IMG/VR virus record: IMGVR_UViG_3300020165_000009
Strand: one strand, 5' to 3'
From: a virus
Length of the DNA stretch: 64,000 bases
The position numbers were made by a program, and so were the translations under genes. The notes beneath the pieces are model-generated. The model worked only from the letters and a program-made list of their open reading frames with translations, did not search any database and was not told where the DNA came from. Each line of letters starts with the position of its first letter. Position 1 is the first letter of the stretch. Below are positions 29,740 to 38,420 of the stretch, piece by piece.

Positions 29740-30461
29740 TATCTTTTATTATAGCTTACAAGCAAGATACTAAAGAAAGGGCTGTAAATTTAGAATACTG
29801 TAAGAAGTATTATAAACAATTGGTACCTGGTTGCGAGATTCTGATTAAAGAATCATCTGATAATAACTTCAATAAGTGTAAGTTATATAACAAAGGAGCT
29901 TTAGAGGCCAAGCACGATGTGTTGTGTTTTTTAGATAGTGATGTGTTTGTTTCAAAATACTCTATTCAGAAATCTATTGAATTGGCAGATATGGATAACG
30001 TCATTATAGGTTATAATGGAGTGGCTATATATCTATCATATAAATCTAAACGCACATTAACTAGTGATTTAAAATATCAGAATATGCTAGAGATACTACC
30101 GGTAAACTACGTACCGACTCGATTAGAGAAAAATGAGATGTTTGAGGTAGGTAATCTTAAAGCAGTCGGTGGCTGTTTAGTAATGTCTAGAGACTGCTTT
30201 AAAGATGTTAACGGATTTAATCCTAATTTTATTAACTGGGGATATGAAGATAATGAGATTGTAACCAGATGCCATAAACTCAAAAAGAATGTTATTTTAG
30301 CTAATACAAAAGACCCATATCTATTTCACTTACCTCATCATGATGTAGAGGGGGATAAGAGTGTACATGACTTTTACACAAACAATCAAACCGAGTATAT
30401 GAAAGTATGCGAGATGAATTATAATGATTTACAAAAATACATAAAAACATGGAAGCTATAG
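29736..30461 (+). CDS. Glycosyltransferase (GT2/GT7-like)
   Basis: FNKCKLYN, FLDSDV, VNGFNPNFINWGYED. Confidence 0.85.
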   Translation: MISFIIAYKQDTKERAVNLEYCKKYYKQLVPGCEILIKESSDNNFNKCKLYNKGALEAKHDVLCFLDSDVFVSKYSIQKSIELADMDNVIIGYNGVAIYLSYKSKRTLTSDLKYQNMLEILPVNYVPTRLEKNEMFEVGNLKAVGGCLVMSRDCFKDVNGFNPNFINWGYEDNEIVTRCHKLKKNVILANTKDPYLFHLPHHDVEGDKSVHDFYTNNQTEYMKVCEMNYNDLQKYIKTWKL

Positions 30462-31117
30462 ATGTAATTATACTCTCAAATACAGCTAATTTAGAGTATT
30501 ACAGCAAACTAAAAAAGTGTATTAACTCTCTAAAGTCGAGTACTAATATTAAAACTAATATTATTGTTATTGAGACAAACAAAAAATTAAGAGGTAAAAA
30601 TTTAAAGCTACCAATCGATACACTCTATATTCCCGAGGATGCAGAATTTAACTATAATAAGTTTCTGAATTATGGTCTCACTTTCTGCAAACACGATTAT
30701 TTGTGTATATCAAATAACGACGTTTATTATAATAAAGATGTTTTATGTACCCTAGTCGATCACTTAGATGATTATGATTCCGTTAGCCCGTGGGATGATA
30801 ATTCTACGTGGCGGTTCCATCAAACCAAGGGAATACATGTAGGTTACTCTACCAGGATGTTTGTAACCGGTTGGTGCATTGTAACAAAGAGAGTCACTAT
30901 AGATAAAATCGGTGGTAAGTTTGACGAGAGATTTTCTTTCTGGTTTCAGGATGATGATTATTCTAAGCTATTAGAGACTAATAATCTAACGCATGCGTTA
31001 ATTGGTGATGTATCGGTATGGCACGACTGTGGTCAGAGTCACGAACTATTCAGTAAAGAGGATAGAGAGAAACAAACACATGGCTTATCAGAGGTCTTTA
31101 ACGAAAAATGGAAGTGA
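30449..31117 (+). CDS. Glycosyltransferase family 2
   Basis: FNYNKFLN, ISNNDV, FDERFSFWFQDDD. Confidence 0.8.
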   Translation: MEAIDVIILSNTANLEYYSKLKKCINSLKSSTNIKTNIIVIETNKKLRGKNLKLPIDTLYIPEDAEFNYNKFLNYGLTFCKHDYLCISNNDVYYNKDVLCTLVDHLDDYDSVSPWDDNSTWRFHQTKGIHVGYSTRMFVTGWCIVTKRVTIDKIGGKFDERFSFWFQDDDYSKLLETNNLTHALIGDVSVWHDCGQSHELFSKEDREKQTHGLSEVFNEKWK

Positions 31118-31923
31118 ATAAAAAAATTACATTGCGAGATAGTAACTTCGCTGGTAGGGATGTCTTGAGTATGCCAGGTGTTAATTTTTCCTGGTATACA
31201 GGTGACAATATAGTTAGTGAGCACGTTTTCTTTACAGATAAAAAATTGCAGGATGTAGATGAGGCTCAGTATAGCAATGTTAAGAAAGTTGCGTGGCTGC
31301 TCGAACCTAAGGGTATCGACCCGTCTATATATGATTGGATCTTAAAAAATTATCATAAATTTGATAACGTACTAACATTCGACCGTAATATTATATCTCA
31401 AATTGATAACGGTATATTTCAGCCGTACGGTACCTATTGGGTTGAGAAAGATAGCCCTGTAAAGAGTCGCTCAGTCTCTATGATTGCATCCTACAAAAAA
31501 GAAGCTACTGGTCACAAGATCAGACACTCAATATATAAACACTTTAAGAGCCGTATAGATACGTTTGGTACTATTACCGGAAGCCGGTTAACTAATAAAG
31601 ATGCAGGCTTGAGGGATTTTAGATTTTCTGTTGCTATTGAAAACTGTATACAAGATGGGTATTTTACTGAAAAAATACTCGACTGTTTTGCTACAAAAAC
31701 CATCCCGATATACTGGGGTACACGTACGGTTGGAGAGTTTTTTAATACAGATGGTATTATATTTGTGGATGATTTTAAGAGTATTGAAAGTCTAATTAAC
31801 TCTCTCAGCGAAGACGTGTACAGTAGTAAGCTCGAGGCAATTCAAGAGAACTTTAATAAGATAGACGACTACCATATACCGGAACTGTACATTGAGAAAA
31901 ATTACAAGGGCTTGTTACATTAA
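31108..31923 (+). CDS. GT10 (fucosyltransferase-like) glycosyltransferase
   Basis: FRFSVAIENC, YFTEKILDCF, IPIYWG. Confidence 0.8.
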   Translation: MEVNKKITLRDSNFAGRDVLSMPGVNFSWYTGDNIVSEHVFFTDKKLQDVDEAQYSNVKKVAWLLEPKGIDPSIYDWILKNYHKFDNVLTFDRNIISQIDNGIFQPYGTYWVEKDSPVKSRSVSMIASYKKEATGHKIRHSIYKHFKSRIDTFGTITGSRLTNKDAGLRDFRFSVAIENCIQDGYFTEKILDCFATKTIPIYWGTRTVGEFFNTDGIIFVDDFKSIESLINSLSEDVYSSKLEAIQENFNKIDDYHIPELYIEKNYKGLLH

Positions 31924-31985
31924 TAACGTGAAAATACTGGTTAGCAGTAGCATTAGTACTACTACGACATTATAATAGCTATAAT

Positions 31986-32558
31986 ATGAATATACAGGAA
32001 GAGTATACTAATCGAAAAAATAATAGTTCTGATATTAATGAACATTTAGAGACATTATACAAATATGGTAAAAAGTGTAAATCTATAACAGAGCTCGGCT
32101 CACGTCACGGTGACAGTACTGTTGCTCTACTTAACAGTCAACCGGAAACAATGGTTAGTTATGACCTTTTTAAATCTGAATTTATTGATGAAATTAAATT
32201 AAAGAATTATAAGTTTATAACAGATGATTCCCTTAAAATTAGTATTGAAAAAACTGATTTACTTTTTATAGATACCCTTCATAGATATTTTCAATTATAT
32301 AATGAATTAGGTTTACATGCTAAAAATGTACGTAAGTATATTATTTTACATGATACTGAAACGTACGGTTATTCAGATGAGCCTTTATATGCCTCGCATA
32401 TAGCTGTAAAAATGAGTGATAAGGTAATTGCTACTAAAAAGAAAGGTCTTAAACAAGCTGTAAATGATTTTCTACATGAAACAAAAGAAGGTAAAAACTG
32501 GGCTGTTCATGAGGAATTTAAAAACAATAATGGCCTCACAATTCTATCGAGAATTTAA
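31986..32558 (+). CDS. Class I SAM-dependent methyltransferase
   Basis: ELGSRHGDST, DLLFIDTLH, ILHDT, NNNGLTIL. Confidence 0.8.
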   Translation: MNIQEEYTNRKNNSSDINEHLETLYKYGKKCKSITELGSRHGDSTVALLNSQPETMVSYDLFKSEFIDEIKLKNYKFITDDSLKISIEKTDLLFIDTLHRYFQLYNELGLHAKNVRKYIILHDTETYGYSDEPLYASHIAVKMSDKVIATKKKGLKQAVNDFLHETKEGKNWAVHEEFKNNNGLTILSRI

Positions 32559-32609
32559 ATGAGAATAACTAGTTGATAAGTTATTATTAATACGCTATAA
32601 TAAGAATAT

Positions 32610-33197
32610 ATGATTATTAAAGATATTCAAGTTTACGACGGCCCTCTCATTCATAAGAGATTCGCATACGATTATTTCCGTAATAAAGTATTACCTACTG
32701 GTAATATAATTGCTTTTAGATGTCCGATGGATGTGAGCATTGATGGTATGATTGACCAAGAAGATGTGCTGCAGGGAGATTATATATATAGTGATGATGC
32801 AGTTAACTTCTGTTGGGAGATTCCAAACTTAGATAGGTTTGGAGCCGTAGCGTTTCAGCGCTTACTCAACACTCAGATTGCTAGTATACTATCTGGTTTA
32901 ACCAATAAGCCGATTGAGGTAGATGGAGACGACCTCATGGTTCATGATGAATTTGAAGGAAATGACGGTAAGCTACAAGCTGTTGGTAAGTGTAGTGTTA
33001 GTATTACATACTCAAAAGATAATGTAGCTATTGGGCATACGGGTATTAATATTAATGCTGGTAGTAAAGCTCCTGCATTTGCTTATAGTACTAAACTTAA
33101 TGAGGAGCAGACTCAAGAGTTTATGACTAGGGTTATTGATACCTTTTACGGTATGGTAGATGATATCTTCATCGCTACTACTAAGATTAATCTATAA
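32610..33197 (+). CDS. DUF366-like protein (biotin/lipoate-ligase-like fold)
   Basis: YDG, IIAFR-PMDV, IYSDDAVNF, FQRL, DGDDL, KCSVSI, HTGINI match recalled DUF366 motifs. Confidence 0.65.
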   Translation: MIIKDIQVYDGPLIHKRFAYDYFRNKVLPTGNIIAFRCPMDVSIDGMIDQEDVLQGDYIYSDDAVNFCWEIPNLDRFGAVAFQRLLNTQIASILSGLTNKPIEVDGDDLMVHDEFEGNDGKLQAVGKCSVSITYSKDNVAIGHTGININAGSKAPAFAYSTKLNEEQTQEFMTRVIDTFYGMVDDIFIATTKINL

Positions 33198-33559
33198 TGA
33201 CTATTTTTCAGTATCTAAATAGCTTACTCTATAGTAAGAAGGTAATAGATATGAACTGCGACGATGAGTCGCAGTTCAACCTGTTTATGGTCAATCGATG
33301 GGCTAGTATGTACTCACCTGAGATGGCTAATTATATTAACGAGTCGAGTAATAGGTATTGGAGCTTGTTTGATGATAAGCAGAATCAATATAACTATCTG
33401 TATAACCTATTGCCTCGTTTGAGATTTAAAAAGATTAGCTATCTCAAGAAGATTAAAAAGGATAAAGTGAAGAAGGAAGAAGAGCCAATCCTACCTGAGT
33501 TTATATCTAAGAGGGAGTACAAACATAATGTTGACTTACAGAAAGTGCTTTATAAATAG
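33197..33559 (+). CDS. Clamp loader small subunit (gp62-like)
   Basis: IFQYLNS, FMVNR, QYNYL, K-rich tail. Confidence 0.7.
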   Translation: MTIFQYLNSLLYSKKVIDMNCDDESQFNLFMVNRWASMYSPEMANYINESSNRYWSLFDDKQNQYNYLYNLLPRLRFKKISYLKKIKKDKVKKEEEPILPEFISKREYKHNVDLQKVLYK

Positions 33560-33564
33560 TCTAT

Positions 33565-33999
33565 ATGGCTGAAGCATCTATTGACAACCTAGCAACAAAA
33601 AGAAGTCTAATTGATCTGAGCTCTCATAGCGATGGAGACTTCGATTTAAGTAAAGAGTTTATTTTATCGTTTGTATATGACGATATTATTTTAGTTGAGT
33701 ATATTGATGAAGCACCGGATGCTTCCGGTGATAATATTATGAGAGATGGTATTTATATACCCACTAATACTCTCACAAAAACGTGGCGTAAAGCTAAGGT
33801 CATTCTGGCTGGCCCGGAATGTAAATATACAAAAGCAGGTGACATCGTTATGTTTCCTAATGATAAAGGAGCGTCAGTTGCAAATATTCAGATCGCTGAT
33901 TATGGTACAATAAACAAGGGTATGTTTTTGAATGAGCAAAGATTGTTCGGTATTTGCAAGAGACGAGAAGATATAGAAGACGGTAATGCCAAAAGTTAG
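33565..33999 (+). CDS. GroES-like co-chaperonin
   Basis: DDIILVE, GIYIP, AKVILAGP, KAGDIVMF, LNEQRLFG; TATAAATA promoter. Confidence 0.75.
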   Translation: MAEASIDNLATKRSLIDLSSHSDGDFDLSKEFILSFVYDDIILVEYIDEAPDASGDNIMRDGIYIPTNTLTKTWRKAKVILAGPECKYTKAGDIVMFPNDKGASVANIQIADYGTINKGMFLNEQRLFGICKRREDIEDGNAKS

Positions 34000-34351
34000 C
34001 CGTCAGAGTTTATTGCAGTTATTAGATAATAATGTCTGTGAAATAACATTTATCAAGCGTACAACAGGTGAAGTGCGTACGATGCTCTGCACGAATGATC
34101 AGACTATTTTAAATAGTGTAAACGGTCGTACCACATTAAACTATAAACCACCTTCTAGGCTGCCTGAGTATGCACCAGGGCCAAAGAACCTAGTATTAAC
34201 TTGGGACGTCTTCATGCAAGATTGGCGAATGGTTAACATGGATACTTGTAACCTTATTAAGAGTATACCACGTGATGAGTTCTGGGAGTATTTTAACACT
34301 AGTGTTTATACTATGACGACAGAACAGAAACAACAATTTATGGGTAAATGA
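33986..34351 (+). CDS. SH3-fold/WYL-like phage protein
   Basis: ITFIKRTTGEVRTMLCT...WD...WR. Confidence 0.6.
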   Translation: MPKVSRQSLLQLLDNNVCEITFIKRTTGEVRTMLCTNDQTILNSVNGRTTLNYKPPSRLPEYAPGPKNLVLTWDVFMQDWRMVNMDTCNLIKSIPRDEFWEYFNTSVYTMTTEQKQQFMGK

Positions 34352-34695
34352 GACAGGTAGCAGCTATAGAGACACAATTGAACGACTTCCTGCTAAGGGA
34401 CGTAGTATTTCTCCTGAGTAATGGAAAGACCCTTAAAAAAGGTAAATTAATTTTATTTAAGTTTAAGGAATTTCATTTTGTATTTACGCTAAGGAATCAT
34501 AAAGATGAAACACGCGTGTATGAAATACCCTACCCGTATAACTGGGAACGGCAAGACGCTGGTAATTTAAAGTTCTCATATGACCTAGCGGAGCTCGCTG
34601 GTACTAGTAAGACCCTATTTTACCGTATAAAGGTACTTGACAAATCTAATTGTAATAAATTTTACGATTCAAGCCTTGTTTTATCTGTTGTGTAG
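34348..34695 (+). CDS. Hypothetical protein
   Basis: ATGA overlap with upstream gene. Confidence 0.55.
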   Translation: MRQVAAIETQLNDFLLRDVVFLLSNGKTLKKGKLILFKFKEFHFVFTLRNHKDETRVYEIPYPYNWERQDAGNLKFSYDLAELAGTSKTLFYRIKVLDKSNCNKFYDSSLVLSVV

Positions 34696-34709
34696 CTTAT
34701 ACTGGTTAC

Positions 34710-36332
34710 ATGGTAGGTAAACTTTTAAATAACTTTCCTCAGGGATATACCCCGAGTAGTCAACAAGATAAGATAATTAGAAAAATTGACGGAGCATTTA
34801 GCTCTGGAAATAAATTCGTTATATGTTGTGCGCCTACCGGAAGTGGTAAGAGCTTTATATCAAAAACTCTCGCGAATGCTTCAACTCCTTTTACTGATAA
34901 CTTTACTGAGTTGGTTAATACATATGCAGCCTTTAAGATGGATTCTAACGGTAATTATGCGCATGCGAGCGAATGCAAAAATGACCTACCTGCCGGCGCG
35001 TTTGCATTAACTATTACAAAGGCTCTGCAAGACCAATACCAGGATTTATTCGAAGATACAGCTGTACTGAAAGGTAAGGCGAACTATAGAAGTACTATTG
35101 ACGAGAATATTGATGTCGAGCAAGAGTCTGTAGTAATGCCGAAGAAGATTCTAGATGCTCATAGACAGGCTAATAAATGTGACTATCATAATGACCGTAA
35201 TGCTGCTCTTACTAGTAAGTTCACGGCTTTAAACTATAAGATGTTCTTAGCGTTGCCCGATCATGTCAAGTATAAGAACTACATTATATGTGACGAGGCA
35301 TCTGAGTTAGAAGATGAAATCATAAAGCAATTTTCTGTAGCGATTGATATTCAAAGATTGCAGAAACTTAAAGTTAAGATCTTCCCGCTCGCATCTACTA
35401 AAAATACTGCTGTTAAAAAGTGGTTAAATGAAGTACAGTCAACCATTATTGAGCATATTAACATATTGACTGATGGTATTAAATTAGGCCTCTCAAATAA
35501 CGAGTTATCTAAGTTAAAATATCTTAGGAGCTTGCATAGTACTTTAGTATTGATTAGTGATACCTGGCAGCAGTGCGAGTATATTGTACAGGTAGAGGAT
35601 AAGTTTAATATCAGACTTACTCCGCTCAAAGTTGATACCCTCTCGAGCTATATCTTCAAGTATGCTGAGAAAGTTTTATTGATGTCAGCTACAGTTATTG
35701 ATCATAAGAACTTAGCTAAGACTCTAGGTATTAAGGAATATAAATATGTCGAGTCTGGTAGCTCATTCGACCCAGCTAAAGCACCTATATACATATCTAG
35801 ATCTAATCGGCTTAATCATGCTAACCTACAAAAAGCTCTACCATCGATTGTAGAGCAGATAAAGGAGATTTGTAAGAATCATAGCGGTGATAAAGGTATT
35901 ATACATACACATACAAATTACATTACCGGGTACCTTCAAAGAGGTTTGAGTGATTCGAGGTTTCTTTACCGAGATGGTATGACCCGTAATGAAGAGATCT
36001 TAGAAGAGCATACAGCGTCAGATCAACCAACAGTATTAGTAAGTCCATCCTTAGGACTAGGAGTCGATCTTAAGGGAGACCTAGCACGTTTTCAGATTAT
36101 TATTAAAGCTGCGTACCTACCACTCGGGGATGATAGAGTAAAAAAGATGTTTGAGCAGGATAAGCAATGGTATGCTAATAAGATGCTTTCAAACTTTATA
36201 CAACAATGCGGTAGAGGTATACGTAATCAGGATGATCATTGCGTTACGTATGTTCTCGACGCTAATATATATGATGCGGTTATACGTAATAAATCAAAAC
36301 TACCCAAGTACTTCCTAGATAGATTCGTATAA
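34710..36332 (+). CDS. DinG/XPD-family SF2 helicase
   Basis: APTGSGKS, LQDQY, LKGKANY, DEA, MSAT, GVDL, QQCGRGIR-QDD, LD. Confidence 0.85.
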   Translation: MVGKLLNNFPQGYTPSSQQDKIIRKIDGAFSSGNKFVICCAPTGSGKSFISKTLANASTPFTDNFTELVNTYAAFKMDSNGNYAHASECKNDLPAGAFALTITKALQDQYQDLFEDTAVLKGKANYRSTIDENIDVEQESVVMPKKILDAHRQANKCDYHNDRNAALTSKFTALNYKMFLALPDHVKYKNYIICDEASELEDEIIKQFSVAIDIQRLQKLKVKIFPLASTKNTAVKKWLNEVQSTIIEHINILTDGIKLGLSNNELSKLKYLRSLHSTLVLISDTWQQCEYIVQVEDKFNIRLTPLKVDTLSSYIFKYAEKVLLMSATVIDHKNLAKTLGIKEYKYVESGSSFDPAKAPIYISRSNRLNHANLQKALPSIVEQIKEICKNHSGDKGIIHTHTNYITGYLQRGLSDSRFLYRDGMTRNEEILEEHTASDQPTVLVSPSLGLGVDLKGDLARFQIIIKAAYLPLGDDRVKKMFEQDKQWYANKMLSNFIQQCGRGIRNQDDHCVTYVLDANIYDAVIRNKSKLPKYFLDRFV

Positions 36333-36360
36333 CCGGCTGTATTTGTATAAATATTTGTCG

Positions 36361-37020
36361 ATGGAGACATTTAAACAATACTACTACCTCGATGAAAATT
36401 TAAAGAGTGCAATCGCTGCTGGTGCACTAGGCCTAGCTTCGCTTGCTGGCGGTACAACAGCAGACGCGTCTGGTATTACGTTCTCCTCACCCTCTAAAGC
36501 TGCTCTAAAGGTATCTCCATCACCTATATATAATCCTAGTTTTATTCAGGAAGTAAAGAGCGCCGAAAATTCCGTAATGTCTGGTTGGAAAAAAAATAAA
36601 TTCTACCCTTACTCGAGCGCAGAGGGCGGCACAAATACAATAGGGTACGGCCATAAACTCACTAGTAACGAGGCCAGGTCTGGTAAGTTCACGCCCGGAT
36701 TAACCGAAGCACAGGCCACTGCTCTACTTTTAAAAGATCTTCGCCACTCTGAGGGTAGGTTGAAGAAGCATTTAAGAGATAAATTTAAAGTAGACTATAA
36801 TCAACTAGGTGTCGATCAAAAACAAATACTGCTCGATTTCACTTTCAACGTAGGTAATGTAGTTGCTAAATTTCCCAAGTTTACGCAACATGTACTCAAT
36901 AAGAACAAGGTAGGTATGCTTGAGGAGTATGAGAGAACGTACCGAGATGCGAGAGGAGTAAAACATCCAATACAAGACCGAAACGAGAGAACACGCCGCT
37001 TTATTGAGGAGCGGTTTTAG
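36361..37020 (+). CDS. GH24 lysozyme with capsid-targeting-like leader and hydrophobic segment
   Basis: E...TIGYGH, LDFTFNVG, FPKF; leader METFKQYYYLDE then AIAAGALGLASLAGG; TATAAATA upstream. Confidence 0.8.
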   Translation: METFKQYYYLDENLKSAIAAGALGLASLAGGTTADASGITFSSPSKAALKVSPSPIYNPSFIQEVKSAENSVMSGWKKNKFYPYSSAEGGTNTIGYGHKLTSNEARSGKFTPGLTEAQATALLLKDLRHSEGRLKKHLRDKFKVDYNQLGVDQKQILLDFTFNVGNVVAKFPKFTQHVLNKNKVGMLEEYERTYRDARGVKHPIQDRNERTRRFIEERF

Positions 37021-37249
37021 ATTTCTTCTTCTTTTTCTTCTGCCTTACCGGTAGAGTAACAAACATCGTCTTCATTTTTCCGCCCGGCTGACCCTTAAAT
37101 CCAGAAATAGATTTTGTACTATGCGGTTCGTTCAATTGAGGATTAACAGTACCGTACTTACCACTAGGTCTGACCTTAGCCGGTCTCTTAGTATCAGTAG
37201 GAGCAGTAAAGTCCTCTAGAAGTTGATTATACAAATCATTAAAGGTCAT
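37001..37249 (-). CDS. Small basic late protein
   Basis: Leader MTFNDLYNQLLED; TAAATA 5 nt before ATG. Confidence 0.55.
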   Translation of the reverse strand: MTFNDLYNQLLEDFTAPTDTKRPAKVRPSGKYGTVNPQLNEPHSTKSISGFKGQPGGKMKTMFVTLPVRQKKKKKKSKTAPQ

Positions 37250-37301
37250 ACTACTATTTAGAGTTTAAAGTTGAAAATCCCACAATATACCATATAATTA
37301 T

Positions 37302-37673
37302 ATGATGCCCAGCACCCAAAAGATTAATTGCGTCGTCACAGGTAAACCTACCGTTTACTCTGGTGACTTCCTCCAAAAGAAGATAGATGAATACGGTAGT
37401 GAGGATAATCTCACAAAATACTATATTTGCAGAGAAGTTAAGGCCTTTCTTAAGAAGGGTTATAAGTGTGAGGATATACGAAAGGTGTTAAACGTATGCG
37501 AGAGTGTACTATACCCCGCTGAGGATATTATAACACATATACAGGAGAAGTTTGGTAAGAAAAGTATCTTAAAGGATCATCCTAGCTTTAATAACGCGTT
37601 GACCGGATTTACTTATAATAAAACTGATTCTGACGTTGAACATTTTATAAAGGAGTATATAATCAAGGTATGA
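37302..37673 (+). CDS. Hypothetical protein
   Basis: TTGAAA-17-TATAAT directly upstream. Confidence 0.55.
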   Translation: MMPSTQKINCVVTGKPTVYSGDFLQKKIDEYGSEDNLTKYYICREVKAFLKKGYKCEDIRKVLNVCESVLYPAEDIITHIQEKFGKKSILKDHPSFNNALTGFTYNKTDSDVEHFIKEYIIKV

Positions 37674-37888
37674 ACTTAACTGCTCGAATTAATAACGATA
37701 AGGTGGAAATCTTTGATGTGCAAACCGGGGGCATCCATGCATCCCATAGTCTTCCGCCAGGTAAATATAGTGGACCTACTATCTCCGGTAATATGGTTTC
37801 TGTGACTATTATGACCCCTTATACTGGTGATAAGATTAGAACTATCGATCTCAAGACAGGCGCAATGGTTAGTGAAATCTCAATGTAA
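37670..37888 (+). CDS. Hypothetical protein
   Basis: ATGA overlap. Confidence 0.5.
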   Translation: MNLTARINNDKVEIFDVQTGGIHASHSLPPGKYSGPTISGNMVSVTIMTPYTGDKIRTIDLKTGAMVSEISM

Positions 37889-38403
37889 TGGTTGATATAA
37901 GATTAGTTGACCAACCTGTCGATACTGATAAGTTTGAATCATTCGATGGTGATATGCCTACCCTGTTTCTGGGATTCGCTATTAAAAATGAATATGACCA
38001 TAAACGTCTCTCTATTAATAAAAAATATAAACCAAGAAAGATACTACTAGCGTTTGAGAAGGAAGCAGATGAATATGCCATATTACCGTTATATGGGCTT
38101 TTTCTACAGTTGAATAAGAACGGTAAGGAGTTGGCTGATACTCTTCTAAAGCAGCAAAAAGAAAAAGCAGTAGATATTTCGACATACGAGCAGATATTAG
38201 ATGAGTATGGTATGACATGTCACGACGCATATTCGTATCTTAATAACCGTATATTCCCTATTGACTTTAACGCATTTACACGCCTAACAGATAATCCTAT
38301 TATCAATGATAAGAAGATTCTCCAGCACTTACTCAAATTAAATGAGAGTGAATTTAATTTTCAGAGATTCGGTGCTTTTAAACTATTAATCCTAACAAAA
38401 TAA
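37888..38403 (+). CDS. Hypothetical protein
   Basis: TAATG overlap. Confidence 0.55.
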   Translation: MVDIRLVDQPVDTDKFESFDGDMPTLFLGFAIKNEYDHKRLSINKKYKPRKILLAFEKEADEYAILPLYGLFLQLNKNGKELADTLLKQQKEKAVDISTYEQILDEYGMTCHDAYSYLNNRIFPIDFNAFTRLTDNPIINDKKILQHLLKLNESEFNFQRFGAFKLLILTK

Positions 38404-38420
38404 AGTAAATAAACTCATAT

